Of a stretch of 64,000 nucleotides of DNA, positions 8,523 to 18,777 are shown piece after piece. The stretch spans positions 7,333 to 71,332 of the forward strand of contig JAIXOQ010000008.1 of assembly GCA_027486675.1 (NCBI GenBank), given 5' to 3'. A program made the position numbers and the translations under genes. Position 1 is the stretch's first letter; each line of letters begins with the position of its first letter. Below the pieces are notes generated by a model that saw only the letters and a list, made by a program, of their open reading frames with translations, was not told the origin of the DNA and made no database searches. The stretch comes from Pseudomonadota bacterium. Lineage in GTDB: Bacteria; Bdellovibrionota; UBA1018; CAIMNF01.

Positions 8523-10202
8523 GTGGGATTTGGGGTAAAAATTTGGCTTTTTGGATTTCTGGTACTCGGTCTTCCTTTGGCCTGGGCGGAGACTCCAACT
8601 TCAGAGTGGGATTCCACGGCAGTTAGATTTAGATCCTTTGAAAAATACGTTCTGCCCCAATGTCATAAAAGCGTTCTGATCTCTTTAGGTTGCTTAGAAG
8701 CCCTCAACACTCTTGCTGCTCGGCTGAAAGATCCAACGATCTTGCTTTTTGAAGGGATGGAAAGCGCATATCCAGATCGGCTTGGACCACTCTTTGAGCA
8801 GCACCCAAAGCAGCATCAGTTGGTCAGAGAGTACAGCTTACGGATTCGGATACGTCCCACCTCTTACCAAGAGCGTGCTCTTGCGATTGGTAGCAGATTA
8901 GATCTTTTTGAGTCGCATCTGCTTAGACTTCGAAACTCTGGGGCATACTTCCCTTTTCAGTATTTCTTTAAAAATCTTTCCTTTCGTTTTTTGAAATCAA
9001 AGACCAAGCGAGTGTCTGAGGCAGCTGTCGCCTCTGAGATGATCAATGCATTCCTCGCAACCGCTTTTGATCCACACACCCATTTGATCGCTGCAGGTAA
9101 AGCGGAAAGTACCAATGATTCAGACGATTCAAAGAAAAATGTAATTCCCACGGTAGGGATTGGAGTGCTTTTAGAAAAGTTCCCTTTCGGATGGGGAATT
9201 ACCCACGTAGATCGACTTGGGCCTGCGGCTCAAGCCGGAGTAAGGCCTGGGGATGTACTTCTCCGTGTGGATGGGGAACTGACCAAACGCATGAATCTCT
9301 GGACCCTTGCCGAAAAAATTTCAGGTCATCCTTGTGCGGCTCATCGTTTGACACTACTCAGGAATGGAAAGAGACTAGATCTTTCCGTAACACACTTTTT
9401 GTACACTCCATCCACAGTTGAGTTTCAAGTGCTTCGATCAGGCGGTCGCATCGGGCACATTAAGATCCGTACATTCAATGAGGCACGGCTTCCTCGAAAC
9501 GCAGATGACTTCCTACGGGCAATTGACCCATTCGTGGATTCTTGGGTGCTGGATCTTCGTGGAAACGGGGGAGGCAACCTCCAAGATGGGATCTCGGTGG
9601 CTTCCATGTTTCTTGGAAGGAAAGAGATTGTTCGAATCGTCAGTGATGAAGGCGTGGTCCAGCGGAAATATGGGAAGTTTGAGGCGGTTAGTCGTAAGCC
9701 ATTAGTCGTGTTGATCGACAATGAGTCTGCAAGCGCATCTGAGCTTGTCGCGCAAAGTTTGGAGGATCACAAACGTGCCTGGATCGTGGGGGACCGTTCC
9801 TACGGGAAGGGGACTGGGCAAAGGGTGATTTCCTTGCCTGGGGATGTACAGCTGGCAACAACGGCCTTTACATTCTTTGGCCCCCGAAAAATTACTCCGC
9901 AGGTGCGTGGTGTTTTTACTGATTTTTCCGTTCCCCATCGGCCGGATCAGCCCTTAGCGGATCTCAATGTGCTTCGGGAAGAGTCGTATTACGCGCGGCC
10001 TCGGGAAATTCAGGGAGCCCAATGGAGCCACGCAAGGCCCAAGGATCTGGAGTGGATGAAGGTCTGCGTGGATAAAACGGGGAGCGCAAAGAAGCTGTTT
10101 GAAGATTCAATAAAGAAATCCCGTGTTCCCGATTACAGGATGTTTGTTGCGATTGATGTGGTCCGGTGTCAGTACTGGTTACAAGATGCCAAAAGACTCT
10201 AA
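8523..10202 (+). CDS. S41 family C-terminal processing peptidase with PDZ domain
   Basis: DPHT, GIGV, PDZ (GVRPGD), DLRGNGGG, SASASE, SYGKG, signal peptide. Confidence 0.9.
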   Translation: MGFGVKIWLFGFLVLGLPLAWAETPTSEWDSTAVRFRSFEKYVLPQCHKSVLISLGCLEALNTLAARLKDPTILLFEGMESAYPDRLGPLFEQHPKQHQLVREYSLRIRIRPTSYQERALAIGSRLDLFESHLLRLRNSGAYFPFQYFFKNLSFRFLKSKTKRVSEAAVASEMINAFLATAFDPHTHLIAAGKAESTNDSDDSKKNVIPTVGIGVLLEKFPFGWGITHVDRLGPAAQAGVRPGDVLLRVDGELTKRMNLWTLAEKISGHPCAAHRLTLLRNGKRLDLSVTHFLYTPSTVEFQVLRSGGRIGHIKIRTFNEARLPRNADDFLRAIDPFVDSWVLDLRGNGGGNLQDGISVASMFLGRKEIVRIVSDEGVVQRKYGKFEAVSRKPLVVLIDNESASASELVAQSLEDHKRAWIVGDRSYGKGTGQRVISLPGDVQLATTAFTFFGPRKITPQVRGVFTDFSVPHRPDQPLADLNVLREESYYARPREIQGAQWSHARPKDLEWMKVCVDKTGSAKKLFEDSIKKSRVPDYRMFVAIDVVRCQYWLQDAKRL

Positions 10203-10935
10203 ATACAAAAGTGTTCTGACGCCTAAAATCCAGGCTGCATCTCAGAGTTTTTTTAGCTCAAAAGAGGCATACGAAGCAGAGCTGCTTGAGCGTCAGATTG
10301 AATTGCTCTCGGTGCAGCAGAGGATCCACAGCCAAAAAAGGAAAGTGGTGATTGTTTTTGAGGGCCCAGACGCTGCTGGAAAAGGTGGAATCATCAAACG
10401 CCTCACTGAAAAGTTAGATCCAAGAGGCGTACGGGTGCACGCGACCTCGAAACCCGATTTTGTAGAATCCAAGCAGCACTATTTTCAAAGATTTTTTGAA
10501 CGACTTCCAGAACCGGGTACGATCGCGATCTTTGATCGCAGCTGGTATGGCCGTGTCTTAGTCGAGCGGGTCGAAGAATTGATCACCGAGGAAACTTGGG
10601 AGCGAGCGTTTACTGAGATCAATGCGGTGGAAAAGATGTGGGTCGATGACGGAGTGATTGTTCTCAAATATTTTCTGGACCTCACCTGGCAAGAACAGAA
10701 AGTGCGTTTTTTAGAGCGAAAGAGGGATCCTTTAAAATCTTGGAAGCTTGGTCCAGAGGATCATCGCAACCGCAGCCAGTGGGTCGCCTACCATCGTGCC
10801 TTTAAAGCAATGCTCAAAGAGACAGATACCCAGTGCGCACGTTGGCGGGTTATCCCCGCAGATAGCAAATGGTTTGCAAGAGTTCAGGTCTTAGGTGACA
10901 TAAGAAAGCGCTGTACGAAGAATTTAGAGCAATAA
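10186..10935 (+). CDS. ppk2: Polyphosphate kinase 2 family protein
   Basis: FEGPDAAGKGG, LDPRG, FDRSWYGRVLVERVE. Start reassigned to ATG 10186. Confidence 0.93.
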   Translation: MPKDSKYKSVLTPKIQAASQSFFSSKEAYEAELLERQIELLSVQQRIHSQKRKVVIVFEGPDAAGKGGIIKRLTEKLDPRGVRVHATSKPDFVESKQHYFQRFFERLPEPGTIAIFDRSWYGRVLVERVEELITEETWERAFTEINAVEKMWVDDGVIVLKYFLDLTWQEQKVRFLERKRDPLKSWKLGPEDHRNRSQWVAYHRAFKAMLKETDTQCARWRVIPADSKWFARVQVLGDIRKRCTKNLEQ

Positions 10936-10987
10936 ACGACTCTGATCCTAAAAATCACCTTGTGCCGGTTCGAAGAGGCAAGCTATT

Positions 10988-11006
10988 GTTATTGAGAATC
11001 AATATC
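10988..11006 (+). promoter_or_regulatory. Fur box
   Basis: GTTATTGAGAATCAATATC matches 15/19 of GATAATGATAATCATTATC, directly upstream of a TonB-dependent receptor. Confidence 0.8.
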
Positions 11007-11013
11007 AATAGGG

Positions 11014-13155
11014 GTGCAGATGGGTCGTTTTAGGCTGTTGTTTGGTATTTCTTGTTTCCTGGGACTTCAGGCTTTAGGCGCCGAATCTGAAATGCCTAAG
11101 GAAAAGCTGCCTCGGGCCTTTGAGACGGTTATAGGCGACAGGTGGTCTAAGGCTTCGGCCTTTGAAACCCAAGGCTATGACCAGAAGGGGAGGCTCCTAT
11201 CGGGAAAAGGATCGACCAAGACGGAACTAGAGACACTTCCCTCTGTGCCCACGCAGAACTTCCGGCAATTGTTTTCAAAAACGCCAGGGCTCTTGACCAG
11301 TGAAGTCGCAAACGAAAGTTTTGCTTCCATTTCCTACCGGGGATTAGGTGATCCGCACGAAGGTTTTAACATCCTCATGCTTCAAGACGGCATACCCATT
11401 TCGCCCGACATGTATGGCTATCCTGCGAACTACTACATTCCATCCACCGATAGCTTAAGCGCGACCGAATTTGTGCGCGGAGGCGCAAGTTTGTTGTACG
11501 GCCCTCAACCCGGGGGTGCGCTGAACTATGTCACCCGAAAGCCGCGTTTGGATCAGGGAATTAAGTCCCGATTGAGTCTTAGAGGTGGATCAAAGAATTT
11601 CCTGTCTGCTTCAGGCGAAATCACAGGGTCAGTGGGAGACACTGCAGTCTTAGGCTCGATTCAAAATCGATCCTCAGATGGATTTAGGTCGGGGAATAGT
11701 GATTTCTCAGTCACAAATGTTTCTATAAAAACAGCGACTCGCATCAATGACAAAACACAGGTTTCTCTAGACGGCGGTTACAACCAAGGCAGATTCGCTG
11801 AAGCAGGAGGAGTTGCCTTGAGTCCCGCAGCAGGGCTTGTTGCTTTGGATGATCCATATCGAAATTCTCTTAGTTTTGATCATCTAGACATCGAGCGCTC
11901 TTATGGTGTCTTAGGTGTCACCCACGAAATGAGCTCAAGGTCCTTCTTGGCTATCAAACTTTTTGGATCCGTGACTGAGAGAAACAGCTATCGGCAAAAC
12001 TTAGGCACAGCCACCCAGTTTGGCGGAATACCAAACGCGGATGCAAATACGATTCAAAAACAAAGCTTCAGACAGTTAGGCCTGGATGCGCGCTACCAGC
12101 TCGACTCTGAAATCCTAGGCGGTAAAAATACATGGACTGCGGGGATATTGGGTTATGCGGTGGATTCTCCTTTTGTGCAAGAGCTTGGAGAGACCGCGAA
12201 GGCTTCTTCTGGTGCTACCCAGAAGGACATCGATCGAAAGACACGGGTTCTTTCATTGTTTACAGAAAGTAGATTTTCTTGGGGGGGTTTTTCGATCACC
12301 CCAGGCGTGAGACTTGAAAATATTTATCAAAGCATCGCGGAGCTTAAAAATGTAGGCGCCACGGTTCCACTGAGGTCCGATAAAAACTTTGTCATGAAAC
12401 CGCTCTTTGGCGGTGGTGTTGAATACAGAATTGATACCTCGAATACAACCTATCTCAACGTATCTCAAGGCTATAAGCCAGTTACCTTTCAGGATGCGAT
12501 CCCGCTTCGCGTGGGTGACGGCATCAGTGAAGATATCCGTGCTGCAAACACGGTCAGCAGTGAAGTCGGAGTGAGAGGGCAGGGAAGTGATTGGTGGTCT
12601 TATGATTCGTCTGCTTTCTATATCACTTATGACAATCAGTTCGGCCGAGTAGGAAGTGTGATTCAGAATACCGGTGGGGCAAGGCACTTTGGGCTGAACG
12701 GTGCATTTGAGATGGATCTATCAACGCTGATCGATCGATCTGTCGGTTCCGCTTTGCATAAAGATATCGGTGCCTTTCACCTCTTCGGAAATGTACAGGC
12801 TTTAAATGCGCAATTTGATCAGGGGCCATTGCGTGGAAACCGGCCGCAATATGCGCCTTCCTATTTGGTACGTTCAGGCGTGACCTATTACCCGGTTCCG
12901 TCTACCAAGTTCATGCTTCTGAATACTTTTGTGAGTCGCCATTTCGGGGATGACGGCAATAGTGGAAACTTCGTGATCCCAGCTTACCGAGTTTGGGATC
13001 TCACGGCAGAGGTTGAGGTTTTTCAGGATCAACTGTCCGTCGTAGGTGGAATCTATAATCTGTTCAATAACTTTTATTGGTCGAGAGTCCGGTCCAATGG
13101 AATTGAACCAGCAAACCCACGTAATTTCTACGTGGGTTTGACTGGTAGAATTTAG
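11014..13155 (+). CDS. TonB-dependent receptor, FecA-like
   Basis: Plug motifs (LQDGIP, EFVRGGASLLYGPQPGGALNYVTR) and C-terminal NLFN..Y..R....PANPRNFYVGL. Confidence 0.93.
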   Translation: MQMGRFRLLFGISCFLGLQALGAESEMPKEKLPRAFETVIGDRWSKASAFETQGYDQKGRLLSGKGSTKTELETLPSVPTQNFRQLFSKTPGLLTSEVANESFASISYRGLGDPHEGFNILMLQDGIPISPDMYGYPANYYIPSTDSLSATEFVRGGASLLYGPQPGGALNYVTRKPRLDQGIKSRLSLRGGSKNFLSASGEITGSVGDTAVLGSIQNRSSDGFRSGNSDFSVTNVSIKTATRINDKTQVSLDGGYNQGRFAEAGGVALSPAAGLVALDDPYRNSLSFDHLDIERSYGVLGVTHEMSSRSFLAIKLFGSVTERNSYRQNLGTATQFGGIPNADANTIQKQSFRQLGLDARYQLDSEILGGKNTWTAGILGYAVDSPFVQELGETAKASSGATQKDIDRKTRVLSLFTESRFSWGGFSITPGVRLENIYQSIAELKNVGATVPLRSDKNFVMKPLFGGGVEYRIDTSNTTYLNVSQGYKPVTFQDAIPLRVGDGISEDIRAANTVSSEVGVRGQGSDWWSYDSSAFYITYDNQFGRVGSVIQNTGGARHFGLNGAFEMDLSTLIDRSVGSALHKDIGAFHLFGNVQALNAQFDQGPLRGNRPQYAPSYLVRSGVTYYPVPSTKFMLLNTFVSRHFGDDGNSGNFVIPAYRVWDLTAEVEVFQDQLSVVGGIYNLFNNFYWSRVRSNGIEPANPRNFYVGLTGRI

Positions 13156-13174
13156 ATCTGAAGGGGCCGGAGGA

Positions 13175-14623
13175 TTACTGTCCCTGACCTGCGGAATAGC
13201 CCTTTTCTCCATCAAAGAGGTAAAGGTTTTCTGTCTTAATCACTTCGATCCCGGCAGTGACGAGGTCTCGGAGCAGCATCCAGATGACGGCAGGATTGCT
13301 GATGCTACCCTCTTTGGCTACAAGGCGGCAGCGCCAATGGTCTGTGCAGAAGGTTTCATCAAATCCGTCTGGATAAACCTTTACACCCCGATTGGTGATC
13401 ATCTGTAGCTCAAGAGGAACGTGACTTAAAACCTTCTTGATGCGTGCAGCGAGGGTTTCGACGTTTTTGTTGTCCTCTTGCACAAACACATCGACGCCGA
13501 CCAATTCTTTGTAAGCTCTTTTTTGTGCCGATCTTTTGTAAATGAGATTGAGTGGTTTCTCCTCAGGATAGTTTGCAGATGGCAGAGTTTTTGGTTCCTC
13601 CTTGAGCCGTGCAATCACTGCCTTCGCAAAATCACGAGTCCCGACCCTTTTTGTGCTGACTCCTTCTTGAAAGATGTCATAGGTGTGCATTCCGTCCTCA
13701 ATGGTCTTTAGCCAAGCATTATGTACCTTCTCTGCGCATTGATTTTGGCCAATATGGATCAGCATCTGCACTGCTGCTAAAATGAGGCCGCTTGGATTTG
13801 CAAGATCCTGTCCCGCCCTTCGGGGTGCAGATCCATGGATTGCCTCAAACATGGATTGGGTCTCGCCCACGTTTGCCGATCCTGCAAGTCCGACAGAGCC
13901 AGCGATTTGGGCGGCCACATCACTTAAGATGTCCCCGTAAAGGTTTGGCATGACGATCACATCAAAGACCTCTGGCGTGTCCGCAAGCTTTGCAGCACCA
14001 ATATCGACAATCCAGTGTTCCTTCTCAATGCTTGGATACTCGGATCCGATTTCATCAAATACCTTATGAAAGAGTCCGTCGGTCATCTTCATGATGTTGT
14101 CTTTTGTGAAGCAGGTCACTTTCTTGCGGCCTGCACGTTTTGCGTATTCAAAAGCATAACGAACGATTTTTTCGCATCCAGGACGAGTAATGAGTTTCAG
14201 ACATTGATAGACCTCATCGGTTTGCCGGTGTTCAATGCCAGCGTAAAGATCTTCCTCGTTTTCACGGATGATCACTAAATCCATCTTAGGGTGCTTCGTT
14301 CGAATGAAAGGTGAGTACGCTCGACAAGGGCGAACGTTCGAGTAGAGTCCTAGAGTTTTACGAATCGTAACATTGAGGCTTTTAAATCCTGTTCCCTGAG
14401 GCGTAGTGATTGGAGCCTTGAGGAAGACTTGATTGCGTCTGAGGATATCCCAAGATTTATCCTCGATCCCTGCTTTAAAGCCACGGTTGTAGACCTTTTC
14501 ACCAATTTCGATCGTGTCGATTGCGATGTCGGCGCCTGCCGCCTCTAGGATAGAAAGTGTGGCGGCCATGATTTCCGGCCCGATGCCATCTCCAAGAGCC
14601 ACAGTAATGCGTTTTGTAGTCAT
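13175..14623 (-). CDS. icd: Isocitrate dehydrogenase (NADP), long form with C-terminal extension
   Basis: GDGIGPEI, KAPITTPQG.G.KSLNV, IRENEEDLY, NLYGDILSD, MFEAIHGSAP, TDHWRCR. Confidence 0.95.
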   Translation of the reverse strand: MTTKRITVALGDGIGPEIMAATLSILEAAGADIAIDTIEIGEKVYNRGFKAGIEDKSWDILRRNQVFLKAPITTPQGTGFKSLNVTIRKTLGLYSNVRPCRAYSPFIRTKHPKMDLVIIRENEEDLYAGIEHRQTDEVYQCLKLITRPGCEKIVRYAFEYAKRAGRKKVTCFTKDNIMKMTDGLFHKVFDEIGSEYPSIEKEHWIVDIGAAKLADTPEVFDVIVMPNLYGDILSDVAAQIAGSVGLAGSANVGETQSMFEAIHGSAPRRAGQDLANPSGLILAAVQMLIHIGQNQCAEKVHNAWLKTIEDGMHTYDIFQEGVSTKRVGTRDFAKAVIARLKEEPKTLPSANYPEEKPLNLIYKRSAQKRAYKELVGVDVFVQEDNKNVETLAARIKKVLSHVPLELQMITNRGVKVYPDGFDETFCTDHWRCRLVAKEGSISNPAVIWMLLRDLVTAGIEVIKTENLYLFDGEKGYSAGQGQ

Positions 14624-14718
14624 TTGCTTCTCCTCGGGTAGAGTTTCTAACGGAGATAATCAGTAATAAAATATATAAAATATCAAAAAGCATTCATAAA
14701 ATAGATGATATTTGAGGA

Positions 14719-15621
14719 ATGCAGGCACTCAACTTTCACCACCTTTATATCTTTCTGGTCCTTGCAACAGAGGGCGGTTTTACTAAGGCTGCAAAGAAGC
14801 TTTCGATTTCCCAATCTGCGGTTACATCGCAAGTGAAGACGCTTGAGGCCCAGCTTGGAGTCGTCCTGATCGATCGATCGACCAAACACAAATTTGCACT
14901 CACTGAAGAAGGCTTAAGCGTGGTTGAATATTGTCGCACGATTTTTAAAGAGGGGGATGCATTACTCCAGTGGACAAGGACTCGGGAAGCTAAAAGGAGG
15001 GAGGTCCTTCGTGTCGGGGCACTCTCCGGGCTTTCAAGAAATCTTCAATACGAATTTCTAAGACCTGCGATTGAGTCCTCAGCAACCACACTCCAAGTAA
15101 CAACGGGTGACCAAGAAAAGTTGGTGCGTTTGCTTTGCGACCACGCGATCGATTTAATCCTGTCTTCCCACAATGTATCGAGTGAAAACGCAAAGACACC
15201 CTTTTTCGCTCACGTGCTTTGTGCTTCGCCGGTAGTTTTTGTGACTCAAAAAAGTTCACGACTCCGCGATGGTAGGCTCAGTGACTATCTGAAACGGAGT
15301 CCTCTTTATATTCCGGGAAAAGACTTCGAGGCAAGGCCGGAACTCGATGCTTTTTTACAAGGGTTAAAGGTACCTTTCAAGGTGAAGGGAGAGGTAGACG
15401 ATATAGCGCTTTTAAGGCTGATCGCGCTCAGATCAGGAGCTGTAGTAGCGGTACCACGATTAGGAGTAGAAGCAGAGATCGGCAGCAAAGAAATCATTGT
15501 TCTAAAAAGTGCAGCCCAGATTCAGCAAAAATTTTATGCAATTACCCGCTTCCAAAGATTATCCAATCCGCTGCTCGCCGCTATGGTGAGTCGGGTCCGA
15601 GGCGACGATAAAGCTCGTTAG
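14719..15621 (+). CDS. LysR family transcriptional regulator (NhaR-like N-terminus), divergent from icd
   Basis: LNFHHLYIF..A.EGGFTKAAKKL.ISQSAVTSQVK.LE helix-turn-helix. Confidence 0.92.
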   Translation: MQALNFHHLYIFLVLATEGGFTKAAKKLSISQSAVTSQVKTLEAQLGVVLIDRSTKHKFALTEEGLSVVEYCRTIFKEGDALLQWTRTREAKRREVLRVGALSGLSRNLQYEFLRPAIESSATTLQVTTGDQEKLVRLLCDHAIDLILSSHNVSSENAKTPFFAHVLCASPVVFVTQKSSRLRDGRLSDYLKRSPLYIPGKDFEARPELDAFLQGLKVPFKVKGEVDDIALLRLIALRSGAVVAVPRLGVEAEIGSKEIIVLKSAAQIQQKFYAITRFQRLSNPLLAAMVSRVRGDDKAR

Positions 15622-17692
15622 GGTCCTCGCTTGCGCCTTTTTCTAAAACCTCTTTTCGAAAGAGTGCGGCCACCTTTTGGTTAAAGACACCCTGTTCCTT
15701 GAAGTAACGATAGAACCGATCCGCAAGCTCCATATCCCAAGCGTAGCCATAGTATCCTGCGTCGTAACCCCCCGCGATAATATGGCTCAAGTCTGTGCTC
15801 TGAATGGAGCCATAAGTCTCAAATTGCCGAAAGTGAGCTCCCGCACGGTGCTCTAGGTCTCTGAGATCAGCTGCATTCCTTAAGTTTGCTCCTTCTTCCG
15901 AATGAAGTTTCAGATCGATCATAGCAAGCTCAAGGGAGTGGAGTTTGTGCATTGCCTGAATTCCATCTTGGCTCTTCAGCATACGCATCATGCGATCATA
16001 AGGGATGACCTTGCCTGTTTTGTGATGCTTTGCATACGTTTGCATAACTTCAGGGTCAGTGGCGAGGAGTTCAAACATCTGCGACGGAAATTCAATAAAA
16101 TCCCATGGCACATTAACGCCGCCAATCGATGGATAAGAGACCTTTGAAAAAATCCCATGAAGGATATGCCCAAACTCGTGAAACACACCTTTCACTTGTT
16201 CCAATGGAAGAAACACCAGCTGACCTTCTTTTGGCACAGGAAACTGATGAACCTGAATCACATGGGGCCTTCGGTTCGATTTAGCCCTAAAGCTTCCGTC
16301 CCGAAGTGTTGTCATGAAAGTCCCACGGGTCTTACCTTCGCGCGCGTAGGGATCGACATAAAAGAGACCTATATGTTCACCGGTTTTTATGTCCGTCACT
16401 GCGTATGTCTGGACCGAATCGTCCCAAGCGGGCAGGTCCGATCGAGCACTGATCCTGATTCCATAGAGACGTTCTGCTGTTTGGAAAGCGCCTTTTAATA
16501 CGGTATCGAAAGAAAAATAGTTCAGAAGCAATGTATCATCGACACGAAAACGTTCGGTGGACAGACGCGTTTCATAAAAAGAAATATCCCAGGGCTCAAG
16601 TTTAAATCCAGCGTATTTCTCAAGGGTTCGAAGTTCCTCTTCTGCTTTAGGTCGTACTTGGTCGGCACGTTCGTTGAGAAACTTCATGGCGGTCTCGGGT
16701 GTTTTTGCCATCCTACCCGCCAGAATACGATCCGTGTGGGATTTATGACCTAAAAGTCCTGCAATTTGGTGCCTCAGTTGTGCAACTTGAATCACGATCT
16801 TTGTATTGCTATAGCGTCCTTTTGTATAAGCACGGCGTTTCGCTTTCCACATGCGCTCACGTAAAGCACGGTTCTCACAGAGGTAAATGATCTGTGCGTA
16901 GTCCTCGTCTTCCACCAAGAAGGACCATTTCCCTGATTTACCAAGGGTTTCTGCAAGATCTGCGGCCCTTTGAATGACCGCTTCAGAGAGCCCGCGCATT
17001 TCGTCTAGCTTTCGTACTTCAAGAACTGTTTTGCTCGCTATTGATTCGATATTTTTTTCGTAACGTTCTTCAAGTTTTGAGAGTGTGTTCCTGAGACTAC
17101 TCAGTAGTTCTTGATCCACTTCACTGAGCAGTGCTCCTTCTTCAACAAATGTTTGGTAGATAGTTTGAAGTAACGCCCGCTTTTCGTCGTTGAGATGAAG
17201 TTTTGCTTGGTCCTGATAAAGAACTCGCACTCTTTCAAAGACGTTTGCATCTAGGAAAATACTCCGTTCCATCGCTTGAAGAATAGGGTCGATCTTTTTT
17301 AAGACCTCGGTGATTTCTTCGGTTTCTTTTAGAAGCTCTAGGTGGTGCATAAAAGACAGCAGCTCTCCTGCGGGCTCCCAAATGAACTCTAAGGCTTCGA
17401 TCGTATTCTCAAATGTTGGTGTGCTCCGGTCCGCCTTAAAGAGTTGCATCCGCGCTTGCACTGCTTTGAGCACTATTTCTAAGGCCGGTTCATAATCCGC
17501 GGGGGTGATTTGATGATAGGGAATGGCGTGGTCAAAAAGGCGTGATACCTGAAGCAGCGCATTATCCCGGACCTCTTGGGGTACCCCCGCAGGCAGATCC
17601 ACGATGTATTTGCAGCCGGACCAAGCTAGAGCAGAACCTGACCAAAATTGTGCAGCCGTGCACAACAGTATCAACAGCGCATAAGCCTTCAT
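15581..17692 (-). CDS. M3A oligopeptidase A/peptidyl-dipeptidase Dcp-like, with signal peptide
   Basis: FHEFGHILH, VPWDFIEFPSQ, GGYDAGYYGYAW, N-terminal signal peptide (ALA-W). Confidence 0.92.
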   Translation of the reverse strand: MKAYALLILLCTAAQFWSGSALAWSGCKYIVDLPAGVPQEVRDNALLQVSRLFDHAIPYHQITPADYEPALEIVLKAVQARMQLFKADRSTPTFENTIEALEFIWEPAGELLSFMHHLELLKETEEITEVLKKIDPILQAMERSIFLDANVFERVRVLYQDQAKLHLNDEKRALLQTIYQTFVEEGALLSEVDQELLSSLRNTLSKLEERYEKNIESIASKTVLEVRKLDEMRGLSEAVIQRAADLAETLGKSGKWSFLVEDEDYAQIIYLCENRALRERMWKAKRRAYTKGRYSNTKIVIQVAQLRHQIAGLLGHKSHTDRILAGRMAKTPETAMKFLNERADQVRPKAEEELRTLEKYAGFKLEPWDISFYETRLSTERFRVDDTLLLNYFSFDTVLKGAFQTAERLYGIRISARSDLPAWDDSVQTYAVTDIKTGEHIGLFYVDPYAREGKTRGTFMTTLRDGSFRAKSNRRPHVIQVHQFPVPKEGQLVFLPLEQVKGVFHEFGHILHGIFSKVSYPSIGGVNVPWDFIEFPSQMFELLATDPEVMQTYAKHHKTGKVIPYDRMMRMLKSQDGIQAMHKLHSLELAMIDLKLHSEEGANLRNAADLRDLEHRAGAHFRQFETYGSIQSTDLSHIIAGGYDAGYYGYAWDMELADRFYRYFKEQGVFNQKVAALFRKEVLEKGASEDPNELYRRLGPDSP

Positions 17693-17763
17693 GCGTGCCT
17701 CACATTCTATTCAAAATGTTTAGCAGCAGGTCGGCAGTAAAGTCAATGCATTGACATCATCAT

Positions 17764-18252
17764 CTAAAGGGTCTTATTTTCGGTGCAGATTTCGATGTGA
17801 AACTCCCCTGCATCGGTCAGAAAGGGGAGAACGATCGAGAAGCCGCTCGTCAGGTGCTTCGTCTGAATATTTTTTCCACGCAGGATCGTCGGAATGGCCT
17901 TTTGAATGTCGTAACTCTTTTGGTCATTGAGTACGCGCTTGGCGTGTCCAAAAATAATATTCAAGAGTTCAGCAGCACCATCTTGAAGGTCGTCTGTGAT
18001 CTCTTCAAATTTTTCGCCGAGCATATTGTTCATGAGCGCTAAAAACACCGGCTTTGTAAAACAAAGGGCAATCGTCCCACTAAAAGCCGTGCTGGTTAAG
18101 CCGATAACAGCCGCTATTTCACAATCGATAGATGGGCCTTTGCCTTTCATGAAAGGTTTTCCTGGCTTCGCTTCTAAGCTGCACTGGACTTTCAAAGTGT
18201 GGAGCGTCCCATCAATGAAGGGCTTAAAGAAATTCACGTCGAGTTTAAGCAT
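17764..18252 (-). CDS. cheX: Chemotaxis phosphatase CheX
   Basis: F.KPFI, A.IGLT, DGAAELLNIIFG, PTIL.G. Confidence 0.9.
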   Translation of the reverse strand: MLKLDVNFFKPFIDGTLHTLKVQCSLEAKPGKPFMKGKGPSIDCEIAAVIGLTSTAFSGTIALCFTKPVFLALMNNMLGEKFEEITDDLQDGAAELLNIIFGHAKRVLNDQKSYDIQKAIPTILRGKNIQTKHLTSGFSIVLPFLTDAGEFHIEICTENKTL

Positions 18253-18266
18253 CAGGGAGGGTCCTT

Positions 18267-18662
18267 CTATTTGGCGAGCTTGGCGTAAACGGCTTCAAGT
18301 TTTGATTTTAGGGTGTCTTTGTCAAAAGGTTTGATCACATAGTTGTCGACACCTGACTTAACGGCTTCTGCAACCTGATGGCCTTCCGCCTCAGCCGTTA
18401 CCATCAGGAAGGGGAGTCCTTTGTAGCGCCCGTCTCCTCGTACCCTTTTTAAGAAATCAAGGCCCGTACAGTTCGGCATATTCCAGTCCGATATAATGAG
18501 TCCGATCGGTGGATTCGCATTCGTGAGAGCTTCCCAAGCCTTAACCCCATCTGCGGCCTCCGTGAAGTCAGTGAAGCCCAGTTCTTTGCAGACCTTTGAA
18601 ACGAGTTTCCTCATCGTCATCATGTCGTCTACGACCAAAATACGTGTGCTTGGATCAAACAT
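18267..18662 (-). CDS. cheY: Chemotaxis response regulator CheY
   Basis: ILVVDD, ISDWNMP, MVTAE, YVIKPF. Confidence 0.92.
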   Translation of the reverse strand: MFDPSTRILVVDDMMTMRKLVSKVCKELGFTDFTEAADGVKAWEALTNANPPIGLIISDWNMPNCTGLDFLKRVRGDGRYKGLPFLMVTAEAEGHQVAEAVKSGVDNYVIKPFDKDTLKSKLEAVYAKLAK

Positions 18663-18777
18663 TTAAAGATTATTTCATCGAGCCTCCCTAGGCGCCACCC
18701 AATTTGAGGATCAGCCTCCGGGTAAGGAGCGTCAGAGAATCGTTGTGTCTAGGGGCAAGAGAGCGCACGTTAAGAGG

